Source: Phycisphaera mikurensis NBRC 102666
GTDB lineage: Bacteria > Planctomycetota > Phycisphaerae > Phycisphaerales > Phycisphaeraceae
Reading direction: 5' to 3'
DNA length: 32,000 nucleotides
Assembly: GCF_000284115.1 (NCBI RefSeq)
Contig: NC_017080.1
Coordinates: forward strand, 1,800,001 to 1,832,000
Shown piece after piece: positions 25,631 to 32,000 of this stretch. The translations under genes and the position numbers were made by a program. Numbering within the stretch: the first letter of the stretch is position 1; every line of letters begins with the position of its first letter. The notes beneath the pieces were generated by a model that saw only the letters and a list, made by a program, of their open reading frames with translations, was not told the origin of the DNA and searched no databases.

Positions 25631-25972
25631 ATGCGTCCGAACCCACCCCGCACGCCCGATGGCCGCTACCTCGTGGTGCGGGGCCGCCTGTGGCGGGCGA
25701 CCGATCCGTCGCTTGGCCCCGCCGAGGCGGCGCGGCTGAAGAGCGACCTCGGGAAGGCGCGGGCCGACGTGCGTGCCGCCCGCCGCGCCGGCGACGCCGA
25801 GGCGCTCGCCGAGGCCGGCCGGCGGGTGGACGCCGCGAAGGTCGGTCTGGGCGAGCGAGGGCCGGTGTGGTGGGACGACGACGCGCCGGACCTCAACCGC
25901 CACCTCGCGAAGAACACGCCGTACCGCGCGTGGTGGCGGAAGCTGGAGGCCGAGCGGAGCGGGAGGGGCTGA
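25631..25972 (+). CDS. Small conserved hypothetical protein (113 aa)
   Basis: ATG at 25631. 'GRYLVVRGRLWRATDPSL...VDAAKVGLGERGPVWWDDDAPDLNRHLAKNTPYRAWW' matches a widespread uncharacterised small-protein family as I remember it. The upstream part of the listed ORF is antisense to nuoJ. Confidence 0.75.
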   Translation: MRPNPPRTPDGRYLVVRGRLWRATDPSLGPAEAARLKSDLGKARADVRAARRAGDAEALAEAGRRVDAAKVGLGERGPVWWDDDAPDLNRHLAKNTPYRAWWRKLEAERSGRG

Positions 25973-26029
25973 GCGGATCCCGCTCCAAGCGGAGCCCTCC
26001 GCTCCGCGGCCGGACCATCCGGCGGCTTC

Positions 26030-26566
26030 TTAGAAGACCAGGGCCGCGGCCACGAGCACGAACATCGCGATGGCGATGCCGAGCTTGCCGACCGAGCCGG
26101 CGAACTTGCCGATCGCGGCACCTCTGCCGGCGGCCCAGACCGCGGAGAGGTCGCGGCCCGCCCAGGCGTCGCCGAGCATCGAGCCGGCGCCGGCGCCGAC
26201 GCTGGCGCCCAGCAGCGTCCCGACGATCGGGATGGGCAGGGCGAACGTGCCGCCGATGGCGCCGGCGATGCCGCCGGCGATCGCGAGCAACGCCCCGCGT
26301 CGGCTGCCGCCGGCTTGACGCGAACCCAGCGCCCCGGCGACGGCCTCGACGACCTCCCCCAGCAGCGCGAGGCCGCCGAGGGCGGCGAGCGTGCCCCAGC
26401 CGATCCAGCGGAGCCCGGGATCCGGGCTCCAGCCCCACCACGCCGCGGCCGCCGTGGCCGCGAGCATCAGCCAGGTGCCCGGTAGCTGCAGCGCCACCAT
26501 CACGACGCCGGCCGCGTTGGTCAGCAGCAGGGCGGCGGCGACGAGCAGGAGCAGCGCGAGGTCCAT
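26030..26566 (-). CDS. DUF456 domain-containing membrane protein
   Basis: From ATG 26566 (MDLALLLLVAAALLLTNAAGVVMVALQLPGTWLML) the sequence follows the DUF456 pattern, ending in Gly-rich TM segments. An in-frame ATG at 26668 with AGGAG 6 nt upstream is an alternative start, but that extension uses rare A/T-ending codons (CTT, TTA, GCT, TCT, GAA). Confidence 0.8.
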   Translation of the reverse strand: MDLALLLLVAAALLLTNAAGVVMVALQLPGTWLMLAATAAAAWWGWSPDPGLRWIGWGTLAALGGLALLGEVVEAVAGALGSRQAGGSRRGALLAIAGGIAGAIGGTFALPIPIVGTLLGASVGAGAGSMLGDAWAGRDLSAVWAAGRGAAIGKFAGSVGKLGIAIAMFVLVAAALVF

Positions 26567-26738
26567 GGCAGGGCAGCGGCTCCGCCGCTCGGATTCAGAA
26601 GCTAAGAAGAGAAGAAGCGGGTGGGGCGGGCAGGACGCGGCGGCGACGCCGACCGCTTCCTTGCTCATCGCTGACTCCTGCTGTTGCTCTTGCCGGCTGT
26701 TTCTCCTTCTTGAAGGATCGCTCGTCTTCGCTCGCGCT

Positions 26739-27839
26739 CTAACCCACCTCGCGCCGCTGGAACAACGCCACCGCCGCCCCGAGCAACGCGACCGTGTACA
26801 GCAACGCGTACCCGCTGACGCTGAGGATCGGCGCCAAGGTGAAGCGCCCGGAGAGGTCTTCGATCATCGAGTTCCCCTGGCTGATCGCGTCGGCGGGCCA
26901 GAAGAACTGGAGGTTGGGCAGCGCGAGGTAGACCAGCTTCGCCAGCGTGTAAACGGGCTTGAGGCCGATGCCGATGTCGGCGTTCCACACGGCGATGAGG
27001 CTCTCGAAAACCCCCACGCCCGGCGGCAGCGAGAGCCGCTGATCCACCCAGCCGGACAGCGCACCCGCGATGAGCCCCGCGAAGAAGACGCCCAGCGCGA
27101 TCAGCAGCGTGGGCAGCTGGCCCAGCCGGGTGGAGAGCGCGACGCACAGCGCCGTCAGCACGACCACCGCCTCGAAGAGCAGGAACAGCCCCAGCAGCAC
27201 CTGCCCCACCTGGCCGCCGTCGCGGGTCAGCTCCGCCAGCGGCGGCTGCAGCCCCCACTGCGGCGTCAGCACCGAGACGCCGAGCACCGCGAGCACCTGC
27301 GTCAGGCACAGAAGTGCCACGAAGGTCGAGGTGAACGACCGGCGGTAGAGGTAGTTGCCCGCCGCCGCGAGCAGCAGCGCGAGGAGAGCCCCGCCCACGC
27401 CCAGCGTCAGCACCGGGCCGTCGAGGTGGTCCGAGGCGTTCTGCATCACCCGGTGCCGCAGCGACAAAGTGAAGATGCACGAGAGCGTGGCGTGGGCCAC
27501 GCCGATCGCGGCGGTCACGCCCAGGAACTTCGCGAGCACGAACAGCGGCCGGGGCACCGGCTTGCTCACGACGGTCAGCACCGTCTTGGCCTCGATCTCC
27601 TCGGCGACGACGCCGGTGGCGGTGAAGGCGGCGAGCAGCAGGCCCACGAGCAGCACCGTGGAGAGGCCCAGGTCGATCAGGATCTTGTTGTCGCCGCGGC
27701 CGGGCTCCATCGAGTAGGCCGCCAGGAAGACGTTGAGCACCAGGCCCAGCGCACCGATGAGCACCAGCACGGTGAACACCGGCTGGCGGATCGCCTCCGT
27801 GAAGGTGTTGCCGGAGATGGTCAGCGCTTGGCGGAACAT
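26739..27839 (-). CDS. ABC-2 family transporter permease (NosY/multi-copper-maturation-like type), no adjacent ATPase
   Basis: ATG at 27839. 'MFRQALTISGNTFTEAIRQPVFTVLVLIGAL', followed by six or more TM helices, is typical of ABC-2 permeases. Confidence 0.8.
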   Translation of the reverse strand: MFRQALTISGNTFTEAIRQPVFTVLVLIGALGLVLNVFLAAYSMEPGRGDNKILIDLGLSTVLLVGLLLAAFTATGVVAEEIEAKTVLTVVSKPVPRPLFVLAKFLGVTAAIGVAHATLSCIFTLSLRHRVMQNASDHLDGPVLTLGVGGALLALLLAAAGNYLYRRSFTSTFVALLCLTQVLAVLGVSVLTPQWGLQPPLAELTRDGGQVGQVLLGLFLLFEAVVVLTALCVALSTRLGQLPTLLIALGVFFAGLIAGALSGWVDQRLSLPPGVGVFESLIAVWNADIGIGLKPVYTLAKLVYLALPNLQFFWPADAISQGNSMIEDLSGRFTLAPILSVSGYALLYTVALLGAAVALFQRREVG

Positions 27840-27943
27840 GGGGTCGCGAGCGTATCGAGGGCGCTCCCGGGCCGGCCCCGGGCGGCCTGCAGACGGGCGT
27901 GCGGGACGTGGCCCAGCGGGCTGCGCCAGCAGTCTCTAGGCCA

Positions 27944-28810
27944 TCAGGCCGGACCCGCCGCCGCCGCCTCCCAGGCCGTGCGGGCCAGCGCCGCCAGCGT
28001 GAGCAGCAGGCACAGCAGCACGGCGATGACCTGCCCGGGCGGGAGGTCGAAGTCGTAGGCGAGGTACAGCCCGAGCAAGCCGCAGCCCACCGCGACCGCC
28101 GGGGCGGCGACCAGCAGATCCCGCACGCGGCCGCTGAACTGCTTGGCGATCATCACCGGCAGCGCCAGCACCGCGAAGGCGTAGAGCACACCGGTGGAAC
28201 GGACGGCCAGGCCCAGCGTGAGCCCGCAGGCGACCGCCAAGCCCAGGTTCCACGCCCACAGCCTCAGGCCGATGGCCGCGGCGAGCACGGGGTCGGTCAG
28301 CACCAGCACCAGCGCGCGGTGGCGGACCAGCAGGAAGGCCGCGGCCGCGATCAGCAGCACCGCCAGCGCGACCACGTCCGGCGTGCTGGCGCCGATGACC
28401 GAGGAGGCCTGCAGCCGGCGCAGCTGCTCCATCCCCGCCGGCGCACCCGAAAGCGCCAACACCGAGCCCGCGCCGCCGAGGATGAAGACCGCCGCGGTGA
28501 GCTCGTCGGCGTCGAGACGCGAGCCCTCCCGCAGGCCGGCGCCGCCGAGCATCGTGAGCGCCGCGGCGAGCACTGCGGCCGCCACGCTCAGCGCGTCCCG
28601 CAGCGCCAGGGAGAGGCCGCTGATCACGCTGCCGCCGGCGAAGAGGCCGAAGAGGGCGTAGCCGAGCGTGGAGGCCTGCGCCACCGCGGCCGCGACGAAG
28701 ACCTGCCGCCGGGCCGCCGCCACCACGCCCACCAGCGAGAGCAGCGCCGCCGCCGTCAGCGTCAGGAGGTACGGCCGCAGGAACAGCGGCCACGAGGCGA
28801 GAAAATCCAT
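27944..28810 (-). CDS. Metal ABC transporter permease (ABC-3 family, ZnuB/TroC/MntB-like)
   Basis: ATG at 28810 shares one base with the upstream ATPase stop (TGATG). 288 aa, polytopic, with an ABC-3 pattern including 'DADELTAAVFILGGAGSVL' and 'LVLTDPVLAAAIGL'. Confidence 0.85.
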   Translation of the reverse strand: MDFLASWPLFLRPYLLTLTAAALLSLVGVVAAARRQVFVAAAVAQASTLGYALFGLFAGGSVISGLSLALRDALSVAAAVLAAALTMLGGAGLREGSRLDADELTAAVFILGGAGSVLALSGAPAGMEQLRRLQASSVIGASTPDVVALAVLLIAAAAFLLVRHRALVLVLTDPVLAAAIGLRLWAWNLGLAVACGLTLGLAVRSTGVLYAFAVLALPVMIAKQFSGRVRDLLVAAPAVAVGCGLLGLYLAYDFDLPPGQVIAVLLCLLLTLAALARTAWEAAAAGPA

Positions 28811-29685
28811 CACGGGGCCGCGTTCTCCACGGGAGCCGGCCGGGCCGGCGGCGGGAGCTCCGGGACGCTCACCGCCGCGGCGGCCGCGGCGGATCCGGCC
28901 GCCGCGTCGACCTCCACGCCGGCCGCGGCCACGCCGAAGGTCGCCGCGAGGCGCTCCTCGGTGAGCAGCTCCCCGGCGGGCCCGGCGGCGACGGCCCCGC
29001 CGCGGAAGAGCGCCGCGTGGGTGGCGTGCCGCTTCGCGGTCTCCAGCTCGTGGGTGACCAGGACGATCGTGACGCCCCAGGTCTGGTGGAGGTCCCGCAG
29101 CACGGCCAGCACCGACGCAGCGGCGGAGAAGTCCAGCCCGGCGACGGGCTCGTCGAGCACCAGCAGCCGTGGGTCGCGGACCAGGGCGCGGGCGACCATC
29201 GCCCGCTGCCGTTGGCCGCCGGAGAGCGTCCAGAAGTTGCGGCGAGCCGCGGAGGCGAGGCCCACCAGCGCCAGCGCCCGCCGGAGGCGACCGGCGCGGC
29301 GGGCGGCGTCGGCCCGGACGCCGACCAGCCCGCCTCCCACGAACTCCAGCACGGACGTGGGCAGCACCGGGTTGGACTCGCAGCGCTGCGGCACGTAGCT
29401 CACGCGCCCGCGGCGGAAGACCGCGGGCTCGCGGTGCAGCTGGCCCCGCCGCGGGCGCAGCGCCCCCAGCAGGGTCTTCACCAGCGTGGTCTTGCCCTCG
29501 CCGTTGGGTCCCAGCAGGCACCAGAACTCGCCCGCCCGCACCTGGAGGTTCACGCCGCGAAGCACGACCTTGCCGCCGTAGCCCAGCGAGGCGTCGCGGA
29601 GGCCGAACAGCAGCGTGTCGGCCTCGACCTCGGGGTCGCCGCTTTGCCGCGTCGGCGCGGCCGCGGGGGAAGCCGTCGCGATCAC
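28810..29685 (-). CDS. Metal ABC transporter ATP-binding protein (ZnuC/TroB-like)
   Basis: GTG at 29685 overlaps the binding-protein stop as GTGA. Walker A 'GPNGEGKTT', signature 'LSGGQRQR', Walker B 'LLVLDEP', H-loop 'VTHE'. The upstream 158 codons of the listed ORF are rejected. Confidence 0.9.
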   Translation of the reverse strand: MIATASPAAAPTRQSGDPEVEADTLLFGLRDASLGYGGKVVLRGVNLQVRAGEFWCLLGPNGEGKTTLVKTLLGALRPRRGQLHREPAVFRRGRVSYVPQRCESNPVLPTSVLEFVGGGLVGVRADAARRAGRLRRALALVGLASAARRNFWTLSGGQRQRAMVARALVRDPRLLVLDEPVAGLDFSAAASVLAVLRDLHQTWGVTIVLVTHELETAKRHATHAALFRGGAVAAGPAGELLTEERLAATFGVAAAGVEVDAAAGSAAAAAAVSVPELPPPARPAPVENAAP

Positions 29686-30794
29686 GGGCGGGCCTCCGGG
29701 CCGTACGCCCGCCGCAGCGCCGCGAGCAGCTCGCCGGCGTTGTGGTTCACGAACTCCAGGTAGCTGCCCGTGCCCTCGCGCCCGCCGGGCTGGTTCGCGA
29801 GCTCGGCTTGCACGGCACCGGTCGCCTCGCTCACGAAGCGGGCGTGCCGCGGATCGAAGTACTGCACCGAGAGGATGACCCGGCAGCCCGCCTCCTTCAT
29901 CTCCGCGACGAGACCGGCGAGGTGCGGGGCGGTGGGCGGAAGCCCCGGCTCGGGCTCCATGTAGCCGAGCACCCGGATGCCGTACCGGCGGGCGAAGTAG
30001 GGCCAGAGGTCGTGGTCGCCGATGGCGGTGCGGTTCTGGAACGGCTCGTACGCGGCCAGCCAGCCGCCGAACCGCGGAGGGGGCCCGCCCGCCGAGCCCT
30101 CGGCGGATCCGTGCTCGCGGAGGTGCGCCGCGAGTTCGCCCCGCTCGATGGCGATGCACAGCGCTTCGAAATCCTCCGGCCCGTGGGCGGCGGCCATCTC
30201 CGCGCCCAGCATCGCGGCCATCACCTCCCCGGCGAAGCCGCGGTAGCGGGCCCTGAATCCGTCCTCCTCCTCAGGCCGCAGCGCCGAGAGCCGGTCGGCG
30301 ATGGCGGCGGCGGCCTTCACGCCCTCCACCGGGTCGGCGAGGAAGTGCGGGTTGTCCTCGGGGTGGAAGGAGCCGGGCACCCCGCGGCCCTCTGGCCCGG
30401 CGACGGTGCGCAGGTTCGAGGAAAGGTCCAGCCGCCGCTGCCCCTCGCCGACGAAGTCGGCCCGGCCGGCCGTGGCGAGCATCCCCGGCAGCCACGCCTG
30501 CTCGAGCCCGAGGCCGACGACGACCAGGAGGTCCGCCCGGGCCAGCGCCTCGATCATCGAGCGGGTCGGCTCGACCACGTGCGGGTCGTCGGGGCCGGCC
30601 ACGAAGCCGGTGACCTCCACCGCGTCGCCGCCCACCACCTCCACGAGAGCGCGGGCGTCGGTGGCCGTCGCGCACACCCGCAGCGGCTCAGCGCGCGCGC
30701 GGGTCTCGGCGGTGACGAGCCCGACGAGCAGGGCGAGAAGCGTCGCTCGGAGGCGAGAGGAGGAGATGGAGCGTGAAGTCTGGGTTTCGGGCAT
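29682..30794 (-). CDS. Metal ABC transporter substrate-binding protein (TroA/ZnuA cluster A-I family)
   Basis: ATG at 30794 (MPETQTSRSISSSRLRATLLALLVGL); an in-frame ATG at 30842 is also possible. 'DNPHFLADP', 'GDHDLWPYFARRYG' and 'ILSVQYFDPRHARFVSEATG' match the family's metal-binding and lobe motifs. Confidence 0.85.
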   Translation of the reverse strand: MPETQTSRSISSSRLRATLLALLVGLVTAETRARAEPLRVCATATDARALVEVVGGDAVEVTGFVAGPDDPHVVEPTRSMIEALARADLLVVVGLGLEQAWLPGMLATAGRADFVGEGQRRLDLSSNLRTVAGPEGRGVPGSFHPEDNPHFLADPVEGVKAAAAIADRLSALRPEEEDGFRARYRGFAGEVMAAMLGAEMAAAHGPEDFEALCIAIERGELAAHLREHGSAEGSAGGPPPRFGGWLAAYEPFQNRTAIGDHDLWPYFARRYGIRVLGYMEPEPGLPPTAPHLAGLVAEMKEAGCRVILSVQYFDPRHARFVSEATGAVQAELANQPGGREGTGSYLEFVNHNAGELLAALRRAYGPEARP

Positions 30795-30853
30795 GGTCGA
30801 GCGGGCTCGCGGGTGGAACGGAGTCGGTGTCGTCTGAGGCATCACCGGGGCGG

Positions 30854-32000
30854 TCAGCCGCCCGGGGCGGAGGCACCGCGGAGCGGGGCGTCCGCGGACG
30901 GAGCACGTGCCGCCGCCACCGGCTCCGCCGGCTGGCTTTCGGCGCCGGCGGGCTCCGCGGGGCCATCGTCGAGCCCGGCCGGCTGGTCCCAATCCGGCAG
31001 CGGGTCCGGGAAGCGCATCCAGGCCTCGGGCCCGCCGGCGTGCTCGGCATCGGTGAGCAGGCAGCCGTCGAGCGCGTCGCGGATCGCCCGCTCGTCCATG
31101 CCCACGCCGATGAAGACCAGCTCCTGCCGGCAGTCCCCGCCGATCTCGTCGTCCCACCGCTGGGCGACCCAAGCGAGCAGCTCGGGGTCGTCCGGCCACT
31201 GCTCCCGCGGGATGGAGGCGAACCAGTACCCGGCTCTCTCGATGCCGAAGGTCCGGCCCGCGGTGTGCCAGGCGGTGCAGTACTGCGGCCGCGTCGCCAG
31301 CCAGGCGTAGCCCTTGCTACGGATCACGTCCCGCATGACCCCGCCGCCCGCCGCCGCGAGGAGGCGCTCCGGGTGAAACGGGCGGCGAGCCCGGTACACG
31401 AAGCTGGAGATCCCGTACTCCTCAGTCTCGGGCACGTGGTGGCCGTTGAGCTCCTGGAGCCAGCCGGGCATCTCGCTGGCCGCCTCCTCGTCGTAGAGCC
31501 CCGTGCCGAGCAGCGCGCCCGGAGCGACCCGGCCGCGGTCGGCGTGGAGGATCCGCGCGGTGGGGTTGAGCTTCCGGAGCACCCCGTCGAGGCAGCCGAG
31601 CACCTCCTCGGTCGCGTCGGACGCCTTGTTGACGACGATCACGTTGGCGAACTCCACCTGGTCGGTCAGCAGGTGGACCAGCGTCCGCTGGTCGTCCTGC
31701 CCGAGCGATTGCTCCCGGTCGCGGAGGCCGTCGAGGCTGTCGTAGTCCTCGAAGAAGTTCAGCGCGTCCACGACGGTGACCATCGTGTCCAGCTCGGCGA
31801 CGTCGGCGAGGCTGCGTCCGTCCTCGTCGCGGAAGCTGAAGGTCGCCGCCACGGGCATCGGCTCGCTGATGCCGGTGCTCTCGATGAGCAGGTGGTCGAA
31901 GCGACCGCTGCGGGCGAGCTGGTCGACTTCCACGATGAGGTCCTCCCGCAGCGTGCAGCAGATGCAGCCATTGGAGAGCTCCACCATCTTCTCCTCGGTC
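30854..32000 (-). CDS. COG0523/CobW-family G3E GTPase (ZigA/YeiR-like putative metallochaperone), N-terminus outside the window
   Basis: The frame is open to base 32000 (…TEEKMVELSNGCICCTLREDL), so the P-loop lies upstream. The CxCC motif 'GCICCT', 'LLIESTGISEP' and the CobW C-terminal domain are present, followed by an Ala/Pro-rich tail. Confidence 0.88.
   Translation of the reverse strand, partial: TEEKMVELSNGCICCTLREDLIVEVDQLARSGRFDHLLIESTGISEPMPVAATFSFRDEDGRSLADVAELDTMVTVVDALNFFEDYDSLDGLRDREQSLGQDDQRTLVHLLTDQVEFANVIVVNKASDATEEVLGCLDGVLRKLNPTARILHADRGRVAPGALLGTGLYDEEAASEMPGWLQELNGHHVPETEEYGISSFVYRARRPFHPERLLAAAGGGVMRDVIRSKGYAWLATRPQYCTAWHTAGRTFGIERAGYWFASIPREQWPDDPELLAWVAQRWDDEIGGDCRQELVFIGVGMDERAIRDALDGCLLTDAEHAGGPEAWMRFPDPLPDWDQPAGLDDGPAEPAGAESQPAEPVAAARAPSADAPLRGASAPGG

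Overview
Very GC-rich window (above 70% by eye), so every frame carries long spurious ORFs. I chose frames by recognisable protein families, start/stop coupling and third-position GC. I support 25 protein-coding genes, almost all housekeeping or envelope functions.

Gene order:
- Partial hypothetical protein (+).
- Minus-strand block: S41 C-terminal processing peptidase, clpX, a small SHOCT membrane protein, tig, a DUF2254 membrane protein, an MprF-like membrane protein.
- Coiled-coil lipoprotein (+).
- mnmE and yidC (-).
- queD (+), then a repeat-rich, structured 510-bp non-coding stretch, then an orphan secreted protein (+).
- Minus-strand nuoJ-K-L-M-N module, with an SGNH hydrolase translationally coupled to nuoN.
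- Small conserved hypothetical protein (+).
- Minus-strand run: COG0523 GTPase (partial), TroA/ZnuA-type binding protein, ABC ATPase, ABC-3 permease, orphan ABC-2 permease, DUF456 protein.

I saw no rRNA, tRNA, CRISPR array, transposase, integrase or recognisable defence gene. The lineage cannot be fixed from the window; a Planctomycetota/Phycisphaerae-like genome is only my guess.

I do not see a convincing new multi-gene system. The best leads are non-coding or concern gene context:
1. The queD-downstream region, with 3 x 48-bp palindrome-bearing tandem repeats. It also has a roughly 290-nt hairpin-rich segment ending in the only canonical hairpin+T9 terminator I found, 28 nt before the orphan secreted-protein gene.
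2. A 218-nt inverted-repeat element in an oversized convergent spacer.
3. The stand-alone, expanded nuoJKLMN module plus the coupled SGNH hydrolase.
4. The MprF-like/DUF2254 gene pair.
5. The metal-uptake run extended by an ATPase-less ABC-2 permease and DUF456.

All functional calls rest on my own reading of the translated sequences. No database search was run.
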